A stretch of 64,000 nt of DNA from Bispira polyomma (GCA_965649765.1 OZ287748.1:11594001-11658000), one strand, 5' to 3'; counted from the first letter of the stretch, positions 38,598-52,129 are shown. Translations and numbers: made by a program. The notes: generated by a model not told the origin, from the letters alone.

Positions 38598-38990
38598 CTA
38601 AAGTACAGCAAGGGGAAACGTTGTCAACATAAATGTGTCATAAAAGGTATAGAGGGCAAAGCTGGTTAACAGCAACATCTTATAAAGGGTAGTACGTACT
38701 TAGGGAAACTTAGTCAACATCCATGTCCTATCAAAGGTACAGAGGGGACAGCTGGTTAACATCAACGTCTTTTAAAAGGTAGTAAAGCTTATTTAATTTA
38801 TTTTCATTTGTGATTTATACAAAATATGATAGGCACTGAGGTAGCACTTCCAGAATTAATTTTTGAATAAAATCTTTATTTTGTTATGGTAATGCAGTAG
38901 AACCTCTGCACTCAAATTATTCTTTCAAATATTTTTTGAATACTAAAATACCTTTTCTAACTCTATCTTTTTTATGTAGTGTCTATCATA

Positions 38991-39510
38991 TAGTACTGCC
39001 ACTCGCTGGTGAAATTTTTTTCGATTATCGCTTACATTTGCCAACCGACTATCGACAAATAGTGACATACACTCCCCAAAATTAAACCACCTGTTAAAAA
39101 AAACTATTCTTATCTTTATATGATAGATTATCAGTCACAAATAATAACATTTTTTGTTTTTTTTTTAACATATTCTTCCCACTTCAAACGAAAAAAAAAC
39201 ATGGCTCCAAAAATACTATATAATCCCAGATACATTTGCTAGGTGGTGCTCTTGTATAAGTTCCAGTGTGAAGTTGTAAACAATATGGAAATAAACCAGA
39301 AATGAAGTATTGGCTGTCAATTATGTTTAAAATACCTTTTAAAATTAATTAAAATGATATAAAAAGACACAGACATTGCTGTAAAAAGATTAGTAAAGTG
39401 TATTATGTGTTATGAATTTGCTATCGGATCCTAATTTTAATTTCGACATTTGCCAGTTTCAAGTCTTGCTAGCGATAGTATCGGAAGTAGCGAGTGTCGC
39501 GACAGTACTA
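38991..39510. mobile_element. hAT-like MITE, same family as 62002-62469 in opposite orientation, nested in a Tc1/mariner-type MITE (38895-39568)
   Basis: TAGTACTG / CAGTACTA termini, degenerate 8-bp TSD, colinear interior. Confidence 0.8.
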
Positions 39511-40093
39511 TTATTATACAAACAAAATTTTGATCCCCCAATATGTTTACATAATTGAGGTTCTATTGAAAATCTATATTTGATAAATCAAGACACAGAT
39601 ACTTGTTAAGGACATGGGTTTTTATAGTTACTAGTTATATAAGTTTAGAGTTTAGACACAAAAAAAGATTTTGGTGTACCCAAGCCAATAAGACATCTTT
39701 TAAAGCCAACAATCAGAGAGGTGGTAGCAGACAGACTGCCAGTTGTCAACCTTGTCGCACTACTGCAGAAGTAAAGTAATTGGGGATTAAGTATAGAGGA
39801 ACTTGACAGTTTAAGGTTGCCTTAGACGAAATAAACATAAATGACAAGATGATAATTTTATGAAGATTTCACGTTTATTTCCATTTTGGGCTAAGGCTAT
39901 TCACCTACTCAACAAAATAGTATGTTAGACATCAACTTAGTATGAACTAACTTTGCGCTATGAGCCCAATATATCTCATACACTGCTATGCTGAATTGAA
40001 ATTTGAATCTATTTTGGTAAACAAAGCAGGCTAGAAGAAGTCTGTGTGTTGCTTTATGTACAAGTTCTCTTGACTAATGTGGCAAACTCTTAC

Positions 40094-40220
40094 CAATATC
40101 CTGCACTACAGGCTTCATGACTGTGTAAATCTGGTCCAGTTCATCAAAACTGTACAAGTTGGGCACATCCCCAGAATTCAAGATGTTGTTGATGTCTTCC
40201 AAGAAAGCCTCACTCTTAAT
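40094..40220 (-). CDS. DNAH1: Dynein HC exon: IKSEAFLEDINNILNSGDVPNLY...VQDI
   Basis: CCTTAG acceptor, G|GTAAGA donor, 127 nt. Confidence 0.96.
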
Positions 40221-40815
40221 CTAAGGAACAGAAATATTTTTTAAAAAACACAGTTTTAAATACATGTAAAGATGTGTCTTTGATATCTGACTTTTTTTTC
40301 ACATTTTCTGAAGTTAGAACAGTCAACTCCCTTTAAATAGAATTCTGTTATGTCAATTTGCCACTTATCTGGAGGACAATTTGTAGTCAGGCTAAAACAT
40401 TTTTTTTTTTTAAAAAAAATCTACTTTCCCAAGTGGATAAAATAGTAAAACTACCCGTGTGTTTTATATCCTGGAGTCAGATATTTTTTCAATATACATC
40501 ACAAGGGTGGTTTTTCTCCTATTATCCACTTATAAAATGTTATTATCATACTTATATAGGTGAAAATATAACACAAAACAGCTATAAAAAAAGCTCCAAA
40601 ATATCAAAAAAAAGTGACATTTAAAACAGATTTTGAATCACCAAATATAATGCTACCAGTTTTTCATATATTGATCTTTTAAGCAGTCAGACAGTTAATT
40701 TATTATGAAAAATGGTTATTTTCTTGGTACATTTTCTTTCATTATATTTCAGGTAATATTTGGTTGCCAGTAGTCCAGTACACTTATAAGGCATTCTACC
40801 CATTGAGGTACTGAC

Positions 40816-40951
40816 CTGAGTGTCTGAGAACAAGAACACTGTGGAGACGTTCTCCAGACCCGCCTTCATCATCACTTTCTTCAGGTCTTCCTTCCACTCA
40901 CTCACACCGTAGTTCTTGGACAACTCAATTTGGAAGCAGTCATACTCAGAC
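40816..40951 (-). CDS. DNAH1: Dynein HC exon: SEYDCFQIELSKNYG...FLFSDTQ
   Basis: TTGTAG acceptor, GTCAGT donor, 136 nt. Confidence 0.95.
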
Positions 40952-41845
40952 CTACAACACAAATTACTCTTACACAAGCCGCTCACTACTAGTAAGTTTA
41001 TTACAGGGAGACAATTATAATTAAGTCACTCAAATAGTACAATAAAACCTCTTTTATTCAAACTTCTATTATCCAAATTAATTTTTGATTTTATAAATTC
41101 ATTTTCAATCTCCTAAATTTGTGTTTTCCTATTATTTTATACTAAAATACATCTTTTATTTAACGAACCTTCTATTATATGAACAAATCTTGCTATACAA
41201 ACATGTTCGTATAATAGAGGTTCTATCTATTGTGTTGTATAATATATTTTTAACATGCTTTATTGATGCGACATATTTTCGAAAGCACAACAACTGAATC
41301 AATCAACCAATCATGTGTCCTACAACACATAATCGGGCTCGTCATCAGTAGGCAATGGTGTGTTGTCATCTTGCCTAATACTATTATCCCACTGATGAAC
41401 ACTATCGGCATCACCAGGAGCCGAACCAGGAACCTTCTGATCACCAGGCCAACTCCCTGACCACTAGACTATAGGAGACCATACTACTACTATAGTTATT
41501 CAATATCTAAATGCTATTCATCTGATAAATTTCTCACTTTTTTTTTTAACTTAATTCTTTTAAGTCTATAAATAAAAAACAAATTAAGTAATACATCCTA
41601 CTATATACAACATAGTTTTATTTTTGGTTAAAATTGATTGTCCAAATTTTCAATGTTTTATTGTAAAAATAAAAATTTAGTAATACATACTATATACAAC
41701 ATATTTCCAAAGCATTTTGGAGGCCCATGTTCTGAAATTCTAGCATTTTTTTATTATCGAAAAATGAGTAGGTAAAAACGCCTACAACCTTTTAATCATC
41801 TAGATTTAGATGTGTACAAAATGTCATAAAAGACAGTGAACCTAC

Positions 41846-42042
41846 ACATGAGCAGCTAGCCTGGTTAAGCTCTGTCGGCCGCTGCCACCCATCCCTAACA
41901 GTAGAGCATTGCCCATGGGCTGTCTGATGATGCGGGCAATACGGGCCAAGTGACGGATAGCATCCATAAAGAGTACCAGGTTCATGACTGAGGTGTTGAC
42001 CTGGTTGTAGTCTTCTAAGTAGTCCTCTACAGTTTGTACCAT
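41846..42042 (-). CDS. DNAH1: Dynein HC exon, AAA4 Walker A: MVQTVEDYL...LVLFMDA...GMGGSGRQSLTRLAAH(V)
   Basis: GTACAG acceptor, GT|GTAGGT donor, 197 nt. Confidence 0.94.
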
Positions 42043-42365
42043 CTGTACAAAAACACACACAAGTAGGATGTGGTCATGATGGAAATGGCCAGTTTTATAC
42101 TCAACAAACAAGAACCAGTGAACAGAACCTTGTAATGTTTGTACCAACTGTACAAAAACACACACAAGTAAGATGTGGTCATGACGGATGGCCAGTTTTA
42201 TACTCAACAAACAAGAACCAGCGAACAGAACCTTGTAATGTTTGTACCATCTGTACAAAAACACACACAAGTAGGATGTGGTCATGACGGATGGCCAGTT
42301 TTATACTCAACAAACAAGAACCAGTGAACATAACCTTGTAATGTTGGTGCCTTCTGTACAAAATT
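42032..42365 (-). repeat. 103-105-bp tandem repeat (3+ units) containing the 3' splice site of exon 41846-42042
   Basis: Sense GTTTTTGTACAG|ATGGTACAAAC recurs, with variants, at 105/103/103 spacing. Confidence 0.96.
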
Positions 42366-42495
42366 ACACAACTAAAATGTCATAAGGCTTGATGGTCAAT
42401 TTCGAAAATATTCTTAATCTTAAATTTTTCTGTCAAGCAATTTAACTGGCTAAAAAATTTTTCTTAAAGAATCCTATTGGCTAAGACTAGCCTAC

Positions 42496-42729
42496 CTTTG
42501 GGTGGTCCTTCACTTCCTGGTATGGCCTGTTATCTACATTGGGTGTCATGAAGTCTCCATAGATGAGAGCATCCTCTGACACAACTTCCTCAAATTTGGT
42601 ACCAAAGTTCTCTTCCATCTTCTGCTTGCAGAGGTTATCAAACCAGGTGCGGTCTTCCTCATTCACCAGACGGTCCTGATAGACTCGGCAGCTCTCATGG
42701 TACCACAGACGTAGTAGATCATTTAAGCC
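42496..42729 (-). CDS. DNAH1: Dynein HC exon: GLNDLLRLWYHESCRVYQDRLVN...KDHPK
   Basis: TTCCAG acceptor, GTAGGC donor, 234 nt. Confidence 0.96.
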
Positions 42730-43924
42730 CTGGAAAACCATAGTAAAAAGAGTTAAAAGTGACAATGCCTGGGGTGTTGATGCTCAAGGCAGCTCTCATG
42801 GTACCACAGACATAGTATAACATGTAAGGTCTGAGAAATTATTAGTAAAATGGGTTGAACACATGTACAGTGAATTTTCGTATTTTCGGCCTATCTTGTA
42901 TTTTTATCCCAAGCCCCCATATGTCACTTTTTGGCATATACGTTTCTGCTTGGGCTCAAGAAACTGCAGCAGGACGTCAAAGGAAAGGGTATTATTTTTG
43001 TATTTTATAGAAAATGTTTCGCAAGCTGCATGGTTTAGTTATTTGCTTAATAGGCCAAAAATACACTACACCACCATAACAACAATATTTGGGCCTTAAT
43101 TATACTCAGATAAAGCGGTGGTTATATTTTGAAACGACTCTTCAGAAGTAGCTATTGAAAGGTACATTTTGCTCCATGGAAAGATTTTATTACCCCTTCG
43201 CCACCAATGTAACAGTCTTCCATAATACCGAAGATAAATTATTGCCTTGCTTGTAAATACCGATTTGATGCAAGAGATATCACTTGAAACTTGTTTCTCA
43301 ACTTTGATCTGATCTTGATCCTTGTTTTGTGAATACTGCCCCTGGTGAATACACCTTAATAAGTGGCGACTGCTACTCTATGCTATAAGGTATTTAAGAG
43401 TTTAAAGTTACAAATGAAGAACAAGAGAAGTAATGAAGACAGAAACTGAAAAGAACTAGACGTATACTGTTAAAGTTCAAAGGTCATACTCACAAAAGCT
43501 CTTAGTCTGAAGCTTATGATTTGGGTCTTTTATTTTGGCCGAAAAGGTTAAGATTTGGGTTTTTAGTCCTAGTGATAATAAAAAAAGATCTTTGGTCAGT
43601 GGTAATTTTGCTCCTGACACTAAGCTTAACAGTAGGACTGAAACAATTATTAAAAACATGTTTTTTTTTGTGATTTGGTAACCAGTATATATTGTGGTAT
43701 AAGCTTTAATTGTAATAAAATTAAAGAAATTTTAATAGAGTCAAACCTTTTTATTGTGTCCCTATTGTATCTTTGCAATTTATTTGTAAAACAAAAAGAA
43801 ATAAAAAAAGATTAACTGTAGGCCGTCTTTAATGTTTTAGACATAAATGTTAAGCTTAAAACTAAGTTAAGACTAAGAACTTTTGTAAATAAGGGGCCCC
43901 AGAATTAAAACAGAGGGACAGCTA

Positions 43925-44101
43925 TATACCCTAAACTCTCTCTGAATAGCCCATGGGCTTTTAACTTGAATTTATAGAAATGTAAGGGATGGCCTCTAAA
44001 GAGGATGTGGTTTTTCCATTAAAAATTTCAACAATATTTACAGAAAATTAGGGGTGGGCTATTATGAAAGCATGGGCTATTCAGAGAATGCTTAGGATAT
44101 A
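43925..44101. mobile_element. TA-flanked MITE
   Basis: TIR tctctgaatagcccatg / catgggctattcagaga. Confidence 0.7.
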
Positions 44102-44474
44102 TCCAAACATAATGATACCTGACACCTCACACAGCATTAAAAGACAAAAAAAAACACACATATGTCTACATGCTAACTGTATTCTGTGATGAAGAGGCTT
44201 CTGTTTAAGTTCTATCCATACATTAAGATGCTACACATGTGTTTCGTGTCGTTAAAAAATATGGGGAATTTCCATGTTACAGGAATTCGGAATTGGGGAA
44301 AAATAGCTGAAGCCCATATTTTATGAGACAAGTGGTTTCTGTACAGAAGCCTTGCCAGTCCAGACATAGTACTGTAGTTTGAGATAAAAAAAAATCAAAC
44401 TATTACAAATACAAAATATATTTAGGCATCAGCATTTATTTAGTGTTAAATGACATGATTTCAAAAGCTATGAA

Positions 44475-44661
44475 CTGACCTGATTTGGGTTAAATGTCGC
44501 AAGGGGAGGGGGGGGGGGGGGAGTGCATACTAGTTGGTCAAGATTCGGCACTGTAAACCACTGGGCATCGGCAAGTAACTGCCATCTTTCCCACATAAAA
44601 TTGGAGCCGAGATTCAAACACACAACCTCAGAGGTGGGAGGCCAGTTTATTAACCACTACA
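44475..44661 (-). mobile_element. SINE (related family)
   Basis: Shared core tatgtgggaaag...cagttacttgccg; 14-bp TSD tcaaaagctatgaa (44461 and 44662). Confidence 0.8.
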
Positions 44662-46849
44662 TCAAAAGCTATGAAAGACAATATAGTCGTTAAGTACACA
44701 AGGCATATAGACATTAGATATCAACACAAAATATTAACAATATTGAAACAATTAGCAACAGTATTTTTGGAACAGAGTGTATTTAATAATGATATATATT
44801 GACCAAAAAAAAAAATGAAAAATACAGTGACTATTTAGCATTGTCTAATAACACTCCAGAGTTTTTGAAACTTGTCCACTAAGAAAAAAAACACAAAATG
44901 TAGAAAAAAAAATCTTTCTAGTTAAAAATTAATCAAACAAGTTAGAAGAAAAAAAAAGGAAAAATTAAAACACAGCAACAAACTACACAAATTAAAGGCA
45001 CAATGATGGCCAAACAGATGATTAGAAATATTAACATAAAGAATAAACAATAGTGAACTTGGTGACACTTTTTATCTGGTGAAATTACATACAATATTTA
45101 TCTGTGAAGTGACAATACCAAAATATGTTTGCTACATTTAAAAAAATGTAAGACAATTTCATTAATGTGCTGGTATTTTACCCATATATGGCCGAGCAAC
45201 TGTGGTTTTTACAAACACAACTTTAAACTACATATTGCAAACAAAGTGTACAGAACTTAGATAATAACACAGTCCAGGTGCAATGTAAATCAATGAGGTA
45301 AACTATATCAAATATAAACTGGATTGTTAATTTTCTTAAAAAAAACACCTTGAATATTTTAAGACTTAGGAAATACAACCAGACTTACAATTTGGTACTG
45401 TAAAACAGAAAAAATGTAACAAAATATGATTAGATACAAAGAATTAAAAAGAAGCATATAATTATAGCAAAGGCATATTAATACAGGACAAAGTAGGCAA
45501 CAGTTTACAGAAGTTAATACTGAAGTTGGTTTCTAGACTAAAAGTAATACATTTCTTTGTGTATGAATGTCCCCATAAACTGTATCATATGACAGTATCC
45601 AATACCCATCTTGTTTTTGAAAAGGTTCCAAAATCAACACCTGTCAACCAATTCCAATAATAAAACTGAATCTAAAGCTTGGAGAAAATATCTGCCATAG
45701 TTTACCCCAAAATGAAAGAGAGGGTATATTGGAAGGACATGATACGAAATATTCCAGAAAATATTGAATCTCAAATAAACAAGGTGGGTATTTCAACAAT
45801 CTTAGAGACGCCCATGTAATTGAAAATTAGATGCTATCTAGAGGATGTGAAAAATTAAAACAAAAGACAAAACAAGTGTGAATACCATGAAAGCAGGATG
45901 TAAAGTGATGCCAGCTGGTAGAATGTTTAAAATCTCATGTAGTTCCAGAGAAACATGCTGTATGTGAGTTAAAATCAGCTTTTACTGTTGCAATGTTGGA
46001 ATGAGTGACAAACTGGTTTAACATTCATAGACTCCATTAGTACAGAGAGTATATTGGAGTGAGCACCGTTACGGAATTGATTAGATTAGATTAGATATTG
46101 CTCAGAGAATTGACAGCATGGAAAAAAGTTTGCTTGTTTAAATACAATAGTTTTGGTAAAAGACAACATACTTTTTAGTAGTCTGATATTAATGTTAGTT
46201 ACGGAAAAAAGATCGACTATTAATACTCATTTCTTTCACTAGTATACATGAATCACTTTAGAAGATAAAGTTGAAAGTTAATTTCATAGCAGCCTTAAAT
46301 AACATCAAAAGTAATGATTAGTAGGTAGTTTAGATGTGATATGCGTCTGAATCAAGCATAACAAATTAATACCACTGGGGTGTCATGTGATAATATTTGT
46401 AGAAGATAATGCAACAAATTAAAATTAAAGTACAACTCACAGGCAAATGCAAAATTATAGTAAAAAACTATACGAGATCAAAAAGTAGGAGGAAAAAAAG
46501 GCTAAATATATCTAGATCACAGTGAAGCTAGACTACATATAAAGTTAAAGGCTTCCTTGTTACAACGACATTTTTTTTTATTTGCCTTTTCAAAATATTA
46601 TATTACATTAGTGATATAAATGAAAGTATACATCAAGTAAACCACAGTTTTTTTTGAAGAAAACAGCAACATCTGATAGGAGATAAACCAGAGGACAGTG
46701 AAAAGCTAATATACATATGTTTACATATATTGAGTAGGTTATATGAAAAATGATTCCATTCTGTTGATGCCGGCAGTATGTGGCACACTTTGCTGCTGTA
46801 GGTTAAAGCCTAGTCCTAGGAGTAGAACAACAGTGGTGGCGCTGATTTC

Positions 46850-47095
46850 GACCTACCCTTGACCTTGACCACCAAAATAGAATCAATAGAACTTAATGTA
46901 AACTTCATGGTGGCTGAGACCATGGGTAGGCTGAAAGTCGGCACCATCCATGAACTCAGAAAATGGGCCTCAACCAAAAAAACTTTGTCATAGATTCATT
47001 ACTATATGTAGTAGAGCCTACCCGTGGTCTCAGCTACTATGGAGTTTACAATGACTTCTATTAATTTTATTGGTTGACCAAGGTCAAGGTCGTCC
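46850..47095. repeat. Foldback element with ~75-bp arms
   Basis: gctgagaccatgggtaggct pairs with agcctacccgtggtctcagc; pairing extends to tgaccttg / caaggtca. Confidence 0.8.
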
Positions 47096-47151
47096 TAAGT
47101 CTCCTTGGTCTCTCCTCCTGATTATGTCAGTACACAACTGTTTACACTTAC

Positions 47152-47330
47152 CTCCAGTTTGCCCACGTCCATCATGAGAATACCCTGGAAGACCTTGGAG
47201 AGATCTCGCAGGTTGAAGGTGTAGTGTGACTTGGCTGGTGTGGGAAGTAACTGAGTGATGATGGTGTTGTGGACATCTATACACGTCTTCACCATCGTGT
47301 GATTGTGTTCTACTAGGGGCTGACTCTGGA
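47152..47330 (-). CDS. DNAH1: Dynein HC exon: QSQPLVEH...LLPTPAKSHYTFNLRDLSKVFQG...KLE
   Basis: CTATAG acceptor (the only phase-compatible AG nearby), GTAAGT donor, 179 nt. Confidence 0.92.
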
Positions 47331-47539
47331 CTATAGAGGTAATAATATACAGTAAAACGTGTATAAGATGTAGTGTGTGACTTGGCTGGGGTGGGAAGTA
47401 ACTGTGTGATGATGGGTGTTGTGGACATCTACACACATCTTTACCGTCGTGTGATTGCGTTCTACTGTATTGTCTTGTTGTCCAACTTTGTACTTGTTCA
47501 GATAAACCAGCACAAGTATGTAATTTAAACCAAAAATTT

Positions 47540-47718
47540 TAAACATAAAAGAATATATTCTCCCTATTGAGGTTACTGAAGGAAAGACAAGTAGCAAGGT
47601 AGGAGGGTTGTTGAGAGACAAAACAGCTTTGAAAGTTGTGACATGGATTTTAAACAAAATTCGATGATAAATTGGAAGTCAATGTACTTTTTGAGGTACG
47701 GAGAGAAAACAGTTTCTT
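47540..47718 (-). mobile_element. L2-like LINE fragment
   Basis: Translates across a small frameshift as SPYLKK.H*LPIYHRILFKIHVTTFKA, resembling the LHWLP..RI.FK motif. Confidence 0.6.
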
Positions 47719-48371
47719 TGGTCTACGACTAGGGATAGGATCAAATGATAGAGGGCTGCCATGTTGAAGCATCAGGCTGGAATTGAACCCAGATCTTCTC
47801 CGTTTCTAAGTGAGTGCGTTACCCACAGTGGCCACCGATACATAGTCTTGCATATTATACCGTAAAACTTGTCCATGTGACCACTTTCAAAGGGTCCTTA
47901 TATTAAACTTGATCTTTATATTAAACTTGAGCGTCAGCCAGTGACCGCTATTGTCCACTCCTGCGACCTGGAGGCTTGTATATTATAAGGATTATATACG
48001 ACGACGGCATCTGTAAAGGTGATGTATTTGAAGGAATTTCTTATAAATTCTCTAGATATTGCCCACTGTTGTGCCAAACAATTTTTAATGAATCCTGGAA
48101 GGTGATTGTAAATGTCTAGTATAAGATTGACTTTTGTACATTTACCAACAGTGCAGTAAAGTTACAGCCATACCTCAATAATAAATGTCAACACTTATAA
48201 GTACTAAACACTCACCTAATTCTTTGCATACACATTTTATTTCTTTTAATTATAGATATGCATTAGGAGAAAATGTTTGCTTCAAACAATTCACGATGAG
48301 TAAGTATTTACACCTAGCTCTTACTGTGCTGAAATAGTCCCTAAAAGTGGAAAGTTCCATCTAGTACTCAC

Positions 48372-48570
48372 TGATCCATGACTTCAGGATGGTACCGAAG
48401 ATAGACGTCATACTGAGATCCTCTAACTCTGTAAAGGAGATGTAGTTAAAGTGGCGCATGAGGCGGGGTGTGATGGGGTTACGCCCTCCACCAGGGGGAC
48501 CCATAGCACACACAAAGTTCACATCCACCAGGTTCCTGAAGTCTCCTACAGCCTTCCTGTCATACCAGCC
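48372..48570 (-). CDS. DNAH1: Dynein HC exon: GWYDRK...AMGPPGGGRNPITPRLMRHF...ILKSWI
   Basis: TTCTAG acceptor, A|GTGAGT donor, 199 nt. Confidence 0.96.
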
Positions 48571-49110
48571 CTAGAAGCAAGTGAACAGTTTTACATCGGT
48601 TCAATTAAAATTTCCATAATTAACGCTTTTAATAAACACAGTTTTGCTTCAATTCTACACACGATATATAGCACAAAATAAGAAATATCCATACATAAAA
48701 TACAATTAACTGGGGACATTATTTACCAATTCTAAAATTTAAAGAATTTTCACAAAAGGTAACCATGGTATATTTTGTCGTTTCCTTTAATTTTTAATAA
48801 AAACAATTCTGTTTCAATTTTAATATCTTATTATCATTCTGTAGAAAAGTTTTTGTATCAACTAAATACAATGGGCATATATGGAGAGGAAGTCATAGGG
48901 GGTTACAGACGTTACAGAACAGTCACCCTCTCATTGTAATTGTCTGGTAATCCAAGTAAGAATTTTATAGTACTAACACATTTGCAAATGCGAAGGTACA
49001 CAAAATGGTTAATATTACCATAAAGCCGATGACTGCAGTCATTTCCATAGTAACTTGGGTATCAATGTAAGCCACATATATATATAGATATATGTGAAAG
49101 TGCCACACAC

Positions 49111-49243
49111 CTTGAAGTCCATCCACTGGCGTATGAGTTCAATGGGTGGCTGTGCTCCGTACACCTCTAGTGCTGGCATGTTCAAGTCATCAATGAAGAA
49201 GATCATCATCTTACCCAGTGGTGGTCCAAATACTCCCTTACGC
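49111..49243 (-). CDS. DNAH1: Dynein HC exon, AAA3 Walker B: [11 protein letters not shown]...FIDDLNMP...QWMDFK
   Basis: TTTCAG acceptor, GTGTGT donor, 133 nt. Confidence 0.96.
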
Positions 49244-49996
49244 CTGAAATGGGCCACGTTATACACTCACATTATACTACTATACCAAATATATAGTATG
49301 TTTTAAACTGGTAAACTTGAAGACGTGATCGTGCTAAACTAGAAAATTCAACAGCATTGAAACCAGTGATTAAAATTGAATGTTTATAGTCATAGGTTAT
49401 TTCTAGATTCAGGAATTACACATGGCCTTCACTTGAGCTTAAATATCTTTCAAGAATATGGGCTTGAAAGATAAGGCCATGTAGAAGTCCTTGTATATGG
49501 TAACAAGCTACACCTGTGGTCATTTATAGAGCTTTCAAACCTTAATTAAAATAATGATGTCTAATTTCTTAATATGTTTACTGTCAATAGGGTTTTGTAA
49601 ATCATATCGGTTCGTATGATTTTAATATTGATTATACGGTACTTAAAGAAAAGAGATACTGGGTGAAAGAATTTAACTAAATCTGATACAGTTAGCCATT
49701 CATAATGTTCTACTCCTTTAATGTTGTATATCCAACTACAGCTGAACCCCTTTAAATATAACCCTGTCAAGTAAATTTTTTGCTTATGTAGACAGACAAC
49801 CTTTAGACTACTCTGATAAGTGGAAACCATCATCAAATGAAGGTGTTAGTCCTGGTCCCTTGAGGTTTGACTTAATACAAGATCCAACTATGCATCGTTT
49901 ATCAACTGTTGTACAGAATTTAAATTTGACCAGACCATTTCTCTTTACTGTGTAAGTATTTTGTAGCCTTGTTTCTCTATATACACTCAGGTTCAC

Positions 49997-50157
49997 CTTT
50001 TGTCCAACTTGCCATCAATAAGATCCTGTGTCTGGTTGGCGCTCGTTTTGGCAGAGAAGGCCATGAATTCAGGGACAAATTCTACTGGCATGTTTCTCAC
50101 CAGTTTGTCAGCAATGGCCAGAGTTTTACCAGTTCCAGTTGGACCCACACACAAAAC
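49997..50157 (-). CDS. DNAH1: Dynein HC exon, AAA3 Walker A: VLCVGPTGTGKT...FSAKTSANQTQDLIDGKLDK(R)
   Basis: TGCAG acceptor, AG|GTGAAC donor, 161 nt. Confidence 0.96.
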
Positions 50158-50545
50158 CTGCACAATCAATATAACATTTTATTATCCAATGCGACATCAG
50201 TATGATGTTTTTCATGGTTGATATGGGTCAGGTGTGACAATGAACCGATATGAAAACTGCGGTATTTTTAACGTCTTTAATTTTAAACAATGTTGCAGAT
50301 ATAAAGTTGATAAATAGTGTGGTTAACATAAAATATGGACCTTAAACAACATAATGGTATATTGAACTAGATTTTTAATACTTTCTAAATATGTGTTTCA
50401 AGTTAATCATTTAGATACCAACTCTATACTTCTTGGCTTATAGATCTGCATTGTGTTGTCATAATTGGAAGGTTTTGAAACATAAAAAAGCTAGGCAGAG
50501 GTTGCGGTGTGTGTATAGTTAAGTTACCAAAGTCTGTGTACTTAC

Positions 50546-50686
50546 AGTTTTGTTATTCTTCAGTAATACCTCCAGGAGGTAAGCCGTGCGGATAGTGTCA
50601 ATGGTGGGCACTATGATGTCAGCAAACTTGGTTTCTGGAGGGACACTGTACACTTCCAAGCCTTCCATCCAGTTCACCCACTGGAC
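50546..50686 (-). CDS. DNAH1: Dynein HC exon: VQWVNWME...DIIVPTIDTIR...NNKT
   Basis: CTGTAG acceptor, GTAAGT donor, 141 nt. Confidence 0.95.
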
Positions 50687-52129
50687 CTACAGTCAAAGAG
50701 ACACGTGTGCATTGACAGGACAATCCTTGTTTTCTATGTGTGTCAATATTAATACATGGTTAATGCTCAACAAGTCACAGAATGGCGTGTACAATTCATG
50801 CGTTACATTTAGGTCTACACACATATGCCACACATTTCCATTAGCCTGCGCTTTCCATGTAGCAGACAATTAATTCCCAGCATCCGAATTACGGTGTTTG
50901 CCTATAGTCGATTTGACAGGCCTGTTTTCATGCAGGAGAGATTCATGGATTATCAGGATTTGGAAAAACTGTGAACTTTGTTGGAGATTTTATACAGTAT
51001 TTACAAGCTGACAGGTATCGTCAGTGGCTGAAATTGTTGGCGTTGGCTACAAAAGGAAGATCACTAAGATGTATACACACAAATCTTTTATAATTAACTT
51101 GGACTTACAGTCTATACAATAACATTGTAACATACATAAGCTTTATATTTAAAATTATCAAAATGACATTCTTGTATGTATACCATTCTAAAGTGGATGT
51201 CTGCAGGGAGTAATAATTATTGAACAATGTACAGGTTATAACAACTGCAGATATACAAGATGGTAGAATTACAATGTTTATTTTTATAAAAAAAAATATC
51301 TGAACTTTTTAGACAGTGACATTAAGAATAAATTCTAAAAAAAGAAATTATTCCTGCTATATTTTTACTTTTAATTCATGTAAATTTACTCATCAGTTGT
51401 CAAGCTGTACTGCAGCTTCTTCATCTTTCACCTATTATATTTAAGTTTGCCCAAATTTATAAAATCTAATAGTAACAGTAATAAATAATAGGCATAATAT
51501 AACATAAAATATACACACTACCAGAAAAACTGGTAATATACAGGAAAAGTACATGTAAAGTCAGGAAAAAGGTATAGTTTCCAAGATACTTAAAGTTTAA
51601 ACTTAGACTATGAACTAAAACGACAACAAAGACTGAATACTGTATATTATACCTACATAAAGTCATTTTAATTATAGAAAACAGTGTCATAACTTTTAAC
51701 CAAGCACCAAATTCAACATATTATCATGTCTCGACGATGTACCAATTTCCTGCCCATTCTACTTTCCGGTCTAAACAATTTTAATCTCTCAATTAAGATG
51801 CTTTATACATAGATATGCCAATATTAACTTTGAATCTTTTAAATAAGAACTATTAATTAATTTAAATACACATTTTGGTGATAGAATAGTGCTCTCAAAT
51901 GTGTTTGACTGCTATGACAAAAAAGATGTACACCACATTTTTAATAGACTGGAAAGTGGTACAACCGTCATACACTTGTGTCTTGCACTGCACCATGTGT
52001 AAATGTGTATGAGTAAAACAGTCACTTAATGTGTGGAATAATACTGACAGTGCAAATTCACCCGTGGTTGATTTTACCAGTGCTAAATATAAAACAGTTT
52101 TGAAAAAAGAAGCATTCAGACAGCTTCTG

